From the NCBI RefSeq assembly GCF_018350175.1, contig NC_058368.1:56608001-56672000 (forward strand): a stretch of 64,000 nt of DNA. Direction: 5' to 3'. The DNA is from Felis catus. Its lineage: Eukaryota. Both the position numbers and the translations under genes were made by a program. Shown here piece by piece: positions 50,241 through 63,383 of this stretch; the first letter of the stretch is position 1; every line of letters starts with the position of its first letter. The notes beneath the pieces are model-generated. The model was given only the letters and a program-made list of their open reading frames with translations, searched no databases and was not told where the DNA came from.

Positions 50241-51211
50241 TGATATAGGTGAATTTGCTTCTGCCATTTTGATTTCTGTCTTTTGTGTGTGTCATGTCTA
50301 TTTTATTCCTCTCTTCTTCCTCTCTTCTATGTTTTCTTAAAAGAATAATTACTAGTATAATGTTTTAATTCCTTGAATTATATTTATACTATACTTGTTT
50401 GAATCTTTTTCTTAGTGATTGGTTGATTTTTGGTTTAATAGATACTTCTTAATTTATCAGATTATGTTTTAGATCTATACTAACATAACAAGTATAATGT
50501 AGAAATGTTACTCCTACATGGCTGTATCCCCTCTTTCCTTTTTGTTGTACTAATATTATTGTGTCTTCTAAATTTCCTGCAAACTCAAAACCATATTTTT
50601 ATAATTGTTACTTTATATCATTTTATGTCATTCAAGACACATTAGAAAAGATGCTTTGTTATATTAGCTTTCTTACTTACTCTTCTCTGTTTCTCTTAAT
50701 TGCTTCCTGTATAATTCAGTCACCATCTGTTGTATTTCCTTATTCTAATAGTTTTCAAATCCATTGTATTTGTGCTTTGTTATTTGACAATAACAATTAT
50801 CAAGTTTTGTTATTGACAACTTGTTATTGTCAAATATATTACATGTCTATATATTATAGACCCAACAATATAATTATATACATACTAATTTTTACAATTT
50901 TTTGAATCCGTTAAAGAAAGAAAGAAGTATACATTTATACTGTCTTCTTTAATTACCTAATTTCATTTACCACTGTTCTGTTGCTTTTTTTTTTCCATAT
51001 GGAATTACTTTATAGTCTTAAATCACTTTATTTGTCCAAAAGAATTTTGTGTGGTATTTTTTGTAAGTCACATCAGCTGGCAAAAAATTCTGAGGATGTC
51101 TTTATTTTGTCTTCATTTTTGAAATATAGTTTTCCAGGATATAAGATTTTTGGTTGACAATTTGTTTTTTATACTTTGTATGTGTCAACTCACAACCTTC
51201 TAGCCTCCATT

Positions 51212-51215
51212 CTTT

Positions 51216-51247
<32 letters not shown>

Positions 51248-51456
51248 GTTTTGTTTTGTTTTGTTTTTTGTTTTTTGTTAGAGAGTGTAATCAGGGTAAG
51301 GGCAGAGAGAAAGAGGGAGAGAGAGAGAATCCCAAACATGTTCTGTGCTGTCAGCATAGAGCCCGAGGTCAGGCTTGATTACAGGAACCCAGAGATCATG
51401 ACCTGAGCTGAAATCAAGAGTTGAACGCTTAACTGACTAAACCACCCACGTGCCCC
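51212..51456 (-). mobile_element. CanSINE whose tail has become (TG)n/(TTTTG)n
   Basis: TSD AGCCTCCATT at 51202-51211 and 51457-51466. Confidence 0.92.
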
Positions 51457-51544
51457 AGCCTCCATTATTTCTGATGAGGTGTCAGTTGTTAACTTTATTG
51501 GGTTTCCTTGTATATGATCAGTCATTTTTTTTATTTGATGCTTT

Positions 51545-51600
51545 TTTAAAGTTTATTTATTTTTGAAAAGAGAGAGAACAAGTGAGCAGGAGAGGGGCAG

Positions 51601-51646
<46 letters not shown>

Positions 51647-51770
51647 CAAGCAGGCTCTATGCCATTAGCACAGAGCCCCCACACAGGGCTTGAATTCAGG
51701 AACTGTGAGATTGTGACCTGAGCAGAAACCAAGAGTCAGATGTTCAACTGACTGAGCCACCCAGACATCT
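51545..51770 (-). mobile_element. CanSINE
   Basis: ...GAGCCACCCAGACATCT head, (GA)n, imperfect TSD TTTTA(T/C)TTGAT(G/A)CTTTT. Confidence 0.92.
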
Positions 51771-51879
51771 TTTTACTTGATACTTTTAAGATTTTGCCTT
51801 TCTCTTTAAGCAGTTTTTCCCCTATAATAAATCTAGATATGGATTTCTGTGCCTTCTTAGAGATCATTGAGCTACTTGG

Positions 51880-52100
51880 TATTTTTTTAAAAAAATTTGT
51901 TAACGTTTATTTATTTTTGAGAAAGAGACAGAGCATGAGTGGGGGAGGGGAAGAGAGGTACTGAGACACAGAATCTGAAGCAGGTTCCAGGCTCCAAGCT
52001 GTCAGAACAGAGCCTTATGGCAGGGCTTGAACCCATGAGTCCTGAGATCATGAGCTGAGCCAAAGTTGACCATTCAACTGGCTCAACCACCCAAGTGCCC
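51880..52100 (-). mobile_element. CanSINE
   Basis: TSD TGAGCTACTT at 51868-51877 and 52101-52110. Confidence 0.92.
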
Positions 52101-52328
52101 TGAGCTACTTCAGTATTAGATTTAATGTTTTTAATCAGATTTATAAGTTTTCAACCATTATATCTTTGAATTTTTTTTTTTTTTTTTTTTTTTGGTTCCT
52201 TACACTGTCTTCTTTTTTCCTGGAACTCCAGTTAAACTTATGTTACTGTGCTTAATGAAATTCCGCATTTCTCAAAGGTTCTGTTCAGTTTTCTTAATTT
52301 ATTTTTCCATTTGATTCTGAGACGCATG

Positions 52329-52537
52329 GGGGCACCTGGGTGGTTCAGTTGGTTTAGCGTCCAACTTCCGCTCAGTTCATAATCTTGCAGTTCATGAGTT
52401 CAAACCCCATATTGGGCTCTGTGCAGATAGCTCAGAGCATGGATCCTGCTTCAGATTCTGTGTCTCCCTCTGTCTCTGCCCCTCCCCCATGTCTCTCTTA
52501 AAAATACATAAACATTAAAAAAATTTAAAAATATATA
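52329..52537 (+). mobile_element. CanSINE (Fc2-type)
   Basis: TSD TGATTCTGAGA(C/T)GCATG at 52312-52328 and 52538-52554. Confidence 0.95.
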
Positions 52538-53289
52538 TGATTCTGAGATGCATGATTTCTATTAATCGATCTTCAAGTTTGATGATCCTTCCACTAGCTC
52601 AGTTTTACTATTTAGCATCTCTAGTATTTTTTTTAATTGTGCTTTTTGTGTTATTCCACTCCAAAATTTCATGGTAGCTCTTTTTTAATTTTTATATCTT
52701 TATTAATATGCTTTATTTGGTTGCACATTGTCATTGTGCCATTTTTTACTTTTTAAGTATGACTCCTTTTAGTTCTTTTAGCTTGATTATAATAGCTTCT
52801 TTAAGGTAATCATTCATCTTCTAAGTATGACTTATAGGTACTCTCAATGGCAATTATTTTTGCCTGTTGTTTTCTTGTGTATGGCTTACACTTTCCACTT
52901 TTGCTGCATTTGTCATAAAAGTTTTGTTGACAGTCAAACACTTTAATTATACTTTGTAACAATTCTGGATTGTTCTCTATGCTGCCTTTGTTCTTGCCTA
53001 CATTGACCTAAAGTAGAGGTTTATCATGCTGAGCTATGGAGGAAAACAACAGGTCTTGTCTCAAAAGATACAGACACTGGCCGATCTTATCCACATGTAA
53101 TAGATTTTCTTGAATAAATATTTCTTCAATTGTTGTATCACAATAAGAAAATTCTCAAAAATTTTAATTAGATTTTTATTCTATTCACATGTATTATGGT
53201 TGTTTCCTTGGAGAGATATTCCATGCAGTTTATCATGATATCAACCTAGAAGTCATTCTCAGATAAAGTATTTTTAATATGTTAATACA

Positions 53290-53850
53290 TCCACCTGAAA
53301 ACAGGGATTTTTCTTTTTGAGACTGACAAACTGATCTAAAATTTATGTATAAAATTCTAGAAACAAGTAGAGTAGCAAACAGAAAATGAAAGAACTTTTT
53401 TTAGGAAAAAAAAGGGTAAGTTGGAAGAATTGCATTAGTTAATTTCAAGACTTTCTAAGAAGTTGCAGTACTTAAGGTGGCATGTTTTTGGCATAAGCAT
53501 AGATGCATATTAATAAAAGATAGTATGTAGCAATAGAACCACAATGTACAAACAATAGATAATTCATGGATACACCAAGGTAAATATTTTCAACAAAACC
53601 ACTAGAACAAATTAACACCCATATGGAAAAAAAAGTGAATGTCAATTTTTATTTCACAATACACAAAAATTGTTTTTAAATTCCCATAGATCTCAATGTA
53701 CATACTAAAATCATATACCTTCTAGAATACTACATAGGAAAAAATCTTAAGTAATTTAATATAAACGAAGATCATGACGAATCACACACACACACACACA
53801 CACACACAAGAAAAATCTGTTCTTTGAAAGACACTTAAAAAATGTAAAGG
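53290..53850 (+). mobile_element. Old LINE-1 ORF2 fragment
   Basis: GACAAACTGATCTAAAATTTAT, AATTTCAAGACTT, TGGCATAAGCATAGA, TTTTCAACAAA. Confidence 0.75.
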
Positions 53851-54099
53851 TACATTATACATTTGGTTTTTTGGTGTCTTAAAATTAGGTTATAATGATT
53901 CTCTATTCTAGAACCAAACTTTTTTTAGATATATCTATTTTCAATGTTTTCTGATAGTCTGTGTGATAAATTATTCAAATAGTACATGTACTTTCTCAAA
54001 ATTAAAATCTGTTTTTCTAAAGGTGTTCGTAAAAGTACTTGAACCTGGAGTATATTAAGAATCCTTAATCTCAGAGCAGACAAAAGAAAATACCAAAAT

Positions 54100-54600
54100 A
54101 GATACTCTACACCCTGAATGTGGATGTTTATAAACAATATTAGCTCCAAACTGGAGAAAGTAAAACCAAATACCATCAATATGAAGAAGTAAATTTCCAC
54201 ATATTTATAATATGAAGTACTACTAAGCAATAAAAGAAAACAAACTGCATACATTCAACAACGTGGATGAATCTCCACAGCATTGTGCTGAGTCAAAGAA
54301 TCCTTATATAAAGTAACACATGTTGTTTTATTCCATTTATATGAAGTTTTAGAATCGTCAAAATTATTCTGCACTGACAGAGAACAGATTCGTGGTTGCC
54401 TAGGGCTGAGGATGTGGGAGATTGACTGCAAAAGAAACTTTTTGTAGTGATGAAAATATTCTGCATGTTCTGATGGCTAAATGTTATTTATCAAATGCAT
54501 TTGTCAAAACTCATAGGACTCTATAATTAAAATTAGTTACTTTACGTTATATAAGTTAGATCACAATGATGATGATTCATAAAGTAAAACAAAAAACTGA
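54100..54600 (+). mobile_element. Old LINE-1 3' end (L1MC/ME-like)
   Basis: CAACAACGTGGATGAATCTC..TGCTGAGT, TTCCATTTATATGAAG, GTGGTTGCC, TTTGTCAAAACTCATAG. Confidence 0.85.
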
Positions 54601-55288
54601 AAAAACAAAAAATGTTTATAGGACCAATCGGAGAGAAAACACAAGTTACTGAATGCCTAACCATATCAACATTTGATCACTATGGTTAGAAATCATAGAT
54701 AAAAGAAAAGGATCATATAATTTAGTCTGAAGAATTGAATATACACTTAGGAATGGAAATGTTTAAGAACACTTATGAAAACACTAAAAAAATCTAATAC
54801 TAAACTTATATCAAATAAAGAAGTCATGTGATCCCTGATGTGTTATAGACTCTTAGATTTCTCCTCTCCCTTTCTCCAAATATACCTCAAAATTAATAAT
54901 TACAAGAGACTCTGTAATTTCAGTGTTTTTAAAAATGTGAAATACTGAAATAGAAGAGTCATTCTAAACAATTTTCAGGAGATACAGTTATTCACATTTT
55001 TATATAATTCAAAATGTTACCTTAAGTAATATATGTCAGTTGCATTAAGCATATTGACTTAAACATACATCGTTATTTCAAAATGTTTCTCAAGCTATAT
55101 CAAACTATTACAATGAAGCATGTCCTTCTGAAAAGTAAATCAAAATGATTAGTCTATATTTAAAAAAATATTGTTCCATTAATTTTGGTTATAGATTATA
55201 AAAATGCGATTCTTTGTTTTTAGCTTGGATGATTTCTAGAATTCAAAGACCCAGGGATGAATTTGTCAAATTAAATGTCTTAAGAACT

Positions 55289-55517
55289 GGGCACCTGGGT
55301 GGCTCAGTTGGTTATGCATCTGACTCTTGATATCAGCTCAGGTCATGATCTTGTATGTGAGATCAAGTTCTGTGTGGGGCTCTGAGCTGATAGCATGGAG
55401 CCTGCTTGGGATTCTCTTTGTCCCTCTCCCTCAGGCCCTCTCATTCTCTGCCCCTCCCTCACTTGTGCTCTCTCTCCTTCTCTCTCTCTCAAAATAATAA
55501 ACCTAAAAAAAAAAAAG
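55289..55517 (+). mobile_element. CanSINE (older subfamily)
   Basis: GGGCACCTGGGTGGCTCAG head, (CT)-rich tract, A tail. Confidence 0.93.
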
Positions 55518-55571
55518 AATTAAATGTTATTTTTTCAGTGAAGAATATAAGAAAGAAAGTATATTTTTCCA

Positions 55572-55760
55572 GGGGCAGCTGGGTGGCTCAGCATCCAACT
55601 TTTGATTTCCTCTCAGGTCATGATCTCACAGTTTGTGAGATCCAGTTCTGCTTTGGGCTCCACGTAGTGTGGAGCCTCCTTAGGATTCTCTTTCTCCCCC
55701 TCCCCTGCTTGCACATGCTGTTTCTCTCTAAAAATAATGAATAAACATTAAATAGTATAT
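55572..55760 (+). mobile_element. CanSINE (older, with small deletions)
   Basis: GGGGCAGCTGGGTGGCTCAG head; flanking TATATTTT(T)CCAG on both sides. Confidence 0.9.
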
Positions 55761-56369
55761 ATATATATATTTTCCAGTCAAGTGAGATGAATTTCAAAAT
55801 TGAATCACATTTACTATTGTTTATTATGGCAGTCTTTTTTATATTTTTGAAGCTCATTATTTTAAAGCTTCTGGTAGTTTATCCAATCAAATGTCCTCAA
55901 TTTTTTTCTTATAGGTATAATAAAATACATAAGGATTTCTTTAAAAAATAAAAAAAAGTATAAGAATATAAGGTACATTTGCCCTTTTATTCCAAATAAT
56001 AAGTGTTTCTTTAAAAAGTATATTTTAAAGATATTTAAGCTTTGAGAATAATTAACTTGCCTGAAATGGAAACACTAACTTCAAGAGGGTTCTTTTGCAA
56101 TCTCCACAGCTGTCTTCCCAACACTGAATACATAAATATCATTCTGGCACTATGGCATACATATAATGGCATCAACATACTGCGTTATGACTAGCAATAT
56201 TATTCATGATCTTTTGCAATTAGTTGTGCTTAAAATGAAGACAGCTGTTAAAGTGGAATCTTTTATCATATGCATGTATTATTAAATTTGCTTCAAAATG
56301 GCAATAAAACTGTGAGTGATTTTCAGAGCAGAAGAGCTTCTTAAGAAAATAAACAAATATAGAAAAAGC

Positions 56370-56590
56370 AAGCATTTATTGAGCACTTTCTCTTAGCCAG
56401 ACATTTTGCTAAGTATATTATAATGAATTACCTCTAATCCTCACAACGATATTTCAAGTGAGATATTTTCTGCCTTTTAGAGAGAAGAATACTGAAGTGT
56501 TAAAATGAAAATGATTTTCCCCATTTTAAACATCTAGTGGTTAACAAGACAAAGATGTGTCTCCAGGTTAGTATGACTCCAGTATTTGGT
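56370..56590 (-). mobile_element. MIR
   Basis: AGCATTTATTGAGCACTT..GCCAGACA..TAATCCTCACAAC..ACTGAAG..TGACTCCA. Confidence 0.75.
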
Positions 56591-57077
56591 CAAGGCCCAA
56601 CATCCCTTCATCCTCACTTCTTATTTCTTCATGATGGCTTGAGTGCTTAAAACTAAAAACTGAGAAAGGAAAAAAGAGTCAAGCAAATTATGGATGCTAC
56701 ATTACTGGAGAAAAAAATGGTGAAGACATTGGTGAGATTTTTGAATCTTACCAAAACCTGTTACTGTCTTCTATTATTCTTTTAGAAAATAAAGGAAAAA
56801 ATATGTATATTTAAAATTTTGAGTTGAGTACTGAGGAATGAAGAAATTAATGTGTCTACTGGGTGAGTGAAGAAAAAAATTAATCATTTTTGCCAACTGT
56901 CTAAGAAATCATGACTGGAGGAAAATAAACTGAATATTGAAGACATCAAACAGGATTCAGAAAATTTAGTGACACATTGCAAGAGATAGGTAATAAGTGG
57001 TGGTGTAAGCAAATAGTTTTACTATTTGTAAAATAGTATTTTACAAAAATACTTCATGTTAAAAATGTGTGATAGAA

Positions 57078-57340
57078 GGGGCGCTTGGGTGGCTCAGTCA
57101 GTTAAGCATCTGACTCTTGATTTTGGTTCAGGTCATGATCTTGCAGTTTGTGGGATCAAGCCCCACATCGGACTCTGGGCTGATAGTGCAGAGCCTGCTT
57201 GGGATTCTCTCTCTCTCCCTCTTTCTCTGCTCTTCCACAGCTCTCTCTCTCCCTCTCTCTTTCTCTCTCCCTCTCTCTCTCTCTTCCCTTCCCTCTCCCT
57301 CTCTGCAAATAAATAAACTTTAAAATGAACATTGAAAAAA
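57078..57340 (+). mobile_element. CanSINE (older subfamily) with long (CT)n
   Basis: GGGGCGCTTGGGTGGCTCAG head, AATAAATAAAC tail. Confidence 0.94.
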
Positions 57341-57879
57341 GTATATGAAAGAAGTATAAAATAGGAACTGCATTGCAAGAAAATAGAATTTCAAACATTC
57401 AGGTGAATACCAAGATTAGATAGTGGATTTGATATTCATGTATTTTGGAGGATAAGATTTGTGCAACAGCTTGAAACCTTTTAGTTTGGTTTCTGTCAAT
57501 TACTTATAACCTACTTAATACTATCAGCAAAATAATTTTTAAAACTATTTTAGCAATAATTTGAAAAAATTTCCAATATTGACTTCTGAACACTTCACAA
57601 AGCTTAAATTGTGATACAAATGTGGCTGTTTCAATTCAAATTCAAACACGTTGAATTACACATTCCAAGTCATTTCATTCTAATAGTCATTGTAAAAATA
57701 CCATTCCTCTTATTCTCTAACTCAGCAGAGAAGAGTATTGGGTTTTCTATATGAATCATGAAAATTCCTAGAATACCTATAATTCCAGGTTAATTGCTAT
57801 GATTTTTTACGGCCCTGGGATAGGGAATACCAGTTAGGATGTCAGTTGCTCTTTAAAATAGCATTACATTTAAGTTATC

Positions 57880-58060
57880 AGTAAAATATATAACATACAA
57901 TATATGTGTTAATTGCTGGCTTGTGTTATCAGCAAGGCAGAATTCTAGTCAACAGTAGATTATTAGTTATTAAATTTGAGGGGAGTCAAAAATTAAACAC
58001 AGATTTTTGACTGTATGATAAGTCAGCACTCATAAGCATCATATTGTTCAAGAGTTAACA
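57880..58060. mobile_element. Tigger2-like fragment, opposite orientation to 39786-40108
   Basis: GTCAACAGTAG..TATTAGTT..GGGGAGTCAAAA..TTGTTCAAG is the reverse complement of the 39.8-kb element's left part. Confidence 0.78.
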
Positions 58061-58930
58061 ATGAAAGAAATGGATAGCCATTAAATATTCCAGGACTGAA
58101 ACATAGACTCATTTATATAGGAGTCTAGGCTAAAAATTTTAACTCCCTCAGAAGGAAATCCAAAAAGAACAATAAATGCAAGCCATCAGGTTTTATATAT
58201 TGGTTTTAGAAATGGTGGTGACTCCTATTAAAAGTTCTGGTAGCCATAATGTGAGGGAGTAAACAAATTGCCAGTTGGCAACTGACAGTGAAAGTCAAGT
58301 TTGTTGAAAGCACTACTTCTTGCAGAGTAGTGTAGAGAAAATGTGTTTCCAGAATAACAGCAGTGACCAAGTAACAGTCTATGGTTTTGGAAGAAATAGA
58401 AGCAGAAACATTAAGGGAAGAAAGTGCGGACATGCGTCAACATTGCCCGTGTCAAACCATTACTCAGTTTTATAACCACTAGGAATATTTGGCTGCAACA
58501 AAGTACTCTGTAAATCCCATTCTTAAATCTATAAATGACCAGTTATAACCAGAATTTACCAAGATGAGAGTACAGAGCAATTCCTTTAGAAGAAGCTGAG
58601 AGGAAAAGTTGAAGTTTGATCAAATAGCATCTATGTGGGGGGGGCAATAGTGGAAGAATGAGTAAGTCACACCTTCTCAAATGCATTTCCTCCAAGCAAT
58701 GGTTTCAAAAAAAATAAAGGTAAAATCTTCCTTATGGAGTTAAATGTCTCATAAATACACATCTAAATTTCTAAATACACATCTAAACATGTATGATTTC
58801 TCCCACAAAAAGTTCACAGACCCATAAAAATTCACACTGCATGTATTTTCTCCCTATGCATCATTAATGAAGATCTCTAACTTAATCTGAGGTCATCGTC
58901 ATTCCCCTGAAGGTTTAAAAAGTCAGGATA

Positions 58931-59158
58931 GGGGCGCCTGGGTGGCGCAGTCGGTTAAGCGTCCGACTTCAGCCAGGTCACGATCTCGCGGTCCGTGAGT
59001 TTGAGCCCCGCGTCAGGCTCTGGGCTGATGGCTCAGAGCCTGGAGCCTGTTTCCGTATCTGTGTCTCCCTCTCTCTCTGCCCCTCCCCCGTTCATGCTGT
59101 GTCTCTCTGTCCCAAAAATAAATAAATGTTGAAAAAAAATTTTAAAAATAAAATAAAA
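58931..59158 (+). mobile_element. Young felid CanSINE (SINEC_Fc1-type)
   Basis: Perfect 15-bp TSD TAAAAAGTCAGGATA at 58916-58930 and 59159-59173. Confidence 0.97.
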
Positions 59159-59591
59159 TAAAAAGTCAGGATAATTTAGTTGATTATTTTGGTTTGTAGT
59201 TTATTTCATTTAGTTAAATTTCATTTTCTACCAACCCTGCAGCAGTATTATCCACTGGTGATTCTCTACTAAGCATCTATTTCCAGCCCTCTCCCCTATA
59301 ATAACATAATTCTGATGTTTTGCGGAATTCACTTCTTCCCCATATAATCATGTGCCTCAGAGCAGTCTTTCCCTTACCCAACTTCAAGGGTAGGGTTAAA
59401 TAACTGTGTACATAGTATACAAATTGGAGGAAAGGTGTTTGATTTTTGCCTATACATTTTGAAGGAAAGTATGATATGACATTAGCCTACAGAAAACCAA
59501 CATATGAGGCAAAAAATGGCCATTTGACTGAGGAAGGTGGCAGGGTGAATACAGGAGAGAAAATGTAAGCGCTATTTAAAAAGGTAAAAAA

Positions 59592-59752
59592 GGGCACCTG
59601 GGTGGCTCAGTCAGTTAAGCATCCAACTTCGTCATGATGTCACAGCTTATAAGTTTGAGCCCTGTATCTGTGCTGACAGTTCAGAGCCTGGAGCCTGCCT
59701 TGGAGTCTGTGTCATCCTCTCTCTCTCTGCCCCTCCCCAGATCATGCGCTCG

Positions 59753-59794
<42 letters not shown>

Positions 59795-59850
59795 AATAAA
59801 TAAACATCAACATTTTTAAAAACAATAAAAATTTAAAAAGAAAGAAAAAA
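59592..59850 (+). mobile_element. CanSINE (Fc2-type)
   Basis: GGGCACCTGGGTGGCTCAG head, CAGAGCCTGGAGCCTG, (CT)n, A tail; AAAAAGGTA on both flanks. Confidence 0.93.
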
Positions 59851-62800
59851 GGTATATTTAGCAGAAGGTGGCTAATAATCTCTCTTGCAGAGAGGCCAAG
59901 GGAAATTTCTTAGATTTTTCCCATATGATAAGAGAATAATATCCTATTAAATAATATCAAAAAGATTACCACAGGGGGGTTGAGAATACATAACTATTGT
60001 TTAGGAGATACTCATTTTGTTGATCAATAATATTGGAAGTGAGATGTGCTGAGGTGAAAATCAACAATGCAGGAATGTGGGATATTGACATAAGATATAG
60101 TAATTGTCTTGGGACACAACCACACACAGAACTCAGATAATTAGGTTGGAAGAAGAAAACAGATAGGAAGAGTCTGAGAGGTTTGTTAGCTAAACTGCAG
60201 AGAGATAAGGGAAGGGAGAAAGAAAAGGAGAGAGGAAAATTAATAGTTATAAATGAAAATTATTACCTAGAAGTAATATACAGAGTTCAAAATAGTTAAA
60301 ACTGAAGAAGCTCTATTGGCTTTCTTAGTTAGAAAATGGGAAGCAAATTTCTTCTGTGTATTTAAGTAGAAGCTTTCTGAAGACAATTTTATTTTCCATC
60401 TCACAAAACGATTCTCATGGTAAATATGCTAGACATTTGGAGTAACTTTAAGTAATATGGTTGTGGGAGATGAGCACAAGGTCAATGACTTATTCCTCAT
60501 GTATGTGTCAGACACTTGATGGCTTTTGGTTTTATAGTCTCAACACAGAAACGTGTTAGTCACAGAAGGGTTATCCTAGCTAGCGTCCACAAGCCTATGA
60601 TGTAAACAAATGTAGAATTGCACTGATAGAAACATGTTTTGAATGCTCTGCTGAACTAGCAACAGCTGTCTTGAAGTAATGGCTTAAGGAGTTACAGGCC
60701 TCAGTTGTCAGCACTTATAGTGTTCTTCCCAGAAGCAACAACCTTTTCAAGCATTATATTGGCAGTGACACCCATACAATTAAAAAAAAACCACCTCACT
60801 AGATTCAAAATAGACAGATTGAATGATAATTTCATTCTGTATAGCTCAACTTTTTGAATTCCTAATAGAAACTGCTTTTTAAAAAAAGAATGGGTTCATT
60901 TTGGACATATGTTCACATGTTACTTTAGTGAAGATTGGTGTCTTTATTTGTGGCTTTAACCCATATTAAGTGCGACCAAGAATTGTGAGGAAAATGTATG
61001 AGTAGTTTATGCTAAGGCTCCTCAGCTTTCTCTTTAATCCAGAAAACTAGATAAGAGTTGTTCATTTACTAACTGGAGAGGATTATAAATTTGTTACCAG
61101 GGGGACACTTGGAATGAAGAGGGGAAAGACAAAAGGCAAAGGCTTGAATAGATGTGAAAATGTTAATAGTTCAGTGCTATGTTGTGCAAAGTAATGAAAA
61201 CATTGAAAGTGGACAGAAAAAAGTGAGTGTTATCGTTTCTGGAAAATAATGGTATAATGCTTCATGTTCTCTAAGGACCTAATTATGAGCTATTCTGAAT
61301 AGCGCACCTCAAGTATTGACAGACAGTCTGTTTATATTGGTTCCTAATTAAAGACTTTCTTCCTCACACCCCTAAAAAGGTTTAGCAAAGACATCTTTCA
61401 ACACTAACAAGCATACTGTGAAGCCACATGTTGGGAGGCAAAAATAAATGAATTAAGAAAATAGAGTTTAAATATTGTCATAGGCTAGAAGAGAGACATT
61501 TCTCTTTAACTTTCAAGGAAAACAATCTTTTTATTTATCTGTCCAGGTTTCCAGTCATTTTTTTACATTTCCCATATTTTACATAAAGATCAATCATATT
61601 TTTAAACTCCCAGAACAGCATCAGTGGTGGTAATGTTTGTCAAAAAATATAATCCTGGGATAAACCTTTATGAAAACACTTTCACTCTTCAGTTTCTTTG
61701 ATGAATGCATTCGGTTCAACTTGTGTGTAGAAATTCCCTAAATATTTTTATGTGTCACATGACAGTAAACAGGAAGTGGACAGATTTCTAATTGTATCTG
61801 GTTATTTCTGGTAATAATATCATGTCTTGGGAATGTTTCAAGAAGGAAAGGGAGTAACACTAACAACTGGGTGGAATATTACTAGTATAATACCTTGATT
61901 TCATGAGGGATTTAATGGCAAGGAATAGGAGTATCAACAATGGAGATACATTGCAGGGACATATACGAGCCTCAGACAAGTTCTTAACTTTATGTCAGTA
62001 GTTTTTCTGGACTTTTTAAGCATATCGTTTAACTGTCATGGAAGGAACAATTAATATATTTATATTCTCACTTTTATACAGGCCAGGATTTGAAAAGTCT
62101 GTCAGACTGCAGTGCTCTTAAAATTTTCACTACTCTAACATTTAGATCTAATGCTTCATGGAGAAAGCTCTCTCACAAAAAGTGTGATTTGGCAGACTAG
62201 CCGTTCTCCTTGGTTTCTTCTAAATGCACTAAGCCTCATTTTGTTGGTTTGGAAGAGTTCTGATTGTTTTCATGGCTGCTCTTAACCGTATCAGCCATAT
62301 CAGTCTAATTCGGATCTGATTTTCAGCAAATAGTTTTTTAGCTTTGTATATCCTTCATATTCTGCTGTATTCCTTTGTATTGCTCTTGTTTTCTGGTTTT
62401 TAATTGCTTAATTACTCATAACAATGAGCATCATTCCACCTATTTAACCATATTTTTGCAGAATTTACCTTGTTCTTTTAAACATCACAAAATATTATAA
62501 AAATATAGTAATATTTAAAAGCTGCAACACATTAATGGTTTCCTAGGGTATAAGCTAAAATATTCGTAAAGATTCTCAATATATAGATCATTCCGAACTA
62601 GACAATAGAAGAAAACATTTATAGATTTTCTTGGGCGGGGGGCAGAAAGGCATATTGCAGACAGATATTCCCAGTGTTAAAGCCTATATTTAGGTGATGA
62701 ATAATTTTCACCAGATTATTATGTGTTCTAAAAAAAAGACAAAATCCAGAGCTATCCACCTGTGGAATTCAATCATTTAAAATACAGCAAAGTTCTCTGC

Positions 62801-63297
62801 TCCTCACTGCAAATGTCTTTCCAGGGTGATTTTACTGTGGTGACATTTGGCTGAAATGAGACCATTGGGATCCAAACATACTCCCAAATGTGAGTAAAAT
62901 TTTTGCTTTCAAAATGTTAACGTGTTTTCCAGCTCTTTCGTATCATTCATACTGAAAATGAAAGCACAGTTTTCTTGATATTTCTGCCAACAGGACCTAA
63001 TTTTAAGTATTTAATTTTCTGAATGTACGTTACCCTTCTAATGTAAGCGTAGAATTAGAATCATAGAAAAAAATGGCTTAAAAAGCCTTTGAGAGTTCAC
63101 CAAATTTATCTGCCTGTTTCAAATTATTTGGCCTCCTCACCAATCTGGGCATATATTTATTTACATTCTCTTAAGGGAAACATCTCCAGAGAAGAATATT
63201 ACATAAGCAAACAAAATCCCCAAAGAACAATCCCTGAGAAGTTTCTGTAATTCCTCTTTTTAAACTTCTCTCCCCCTCCCTCCTTTCCTCCACACCT

Positions 63298-63333
63298 GCC
63301 TCTCTCTCTCTTTCTCACATGCACACACACACT

Positions 63334-63379
<46 letters not shown>
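63298..63379. repeat. (CT)n then (CA)n microsatellite
   Basis: Direct reading. Confidence 0.93.

Positions 63380-63383
<4 letters not shown>

Larger units (their letters stand above)
50245..52980 (-). mobile_element. Old LINE-1 (L1M) ORF1/inter-ORF region interrupted by four SINEs
   Basis: T-rich strand bias; TTTTGAAATATAGTTTTCCAGGATATAAGATT, TTTTCAACCATTAT..TTTGAAT, TCTTCAAGTTT. Confidence 0.75.

Noticed and set aside
58752..58787. TAAATACACATCTAAA repeated with a 20-bp period
   Set aside because: Ordinary slippage micro-duplication.
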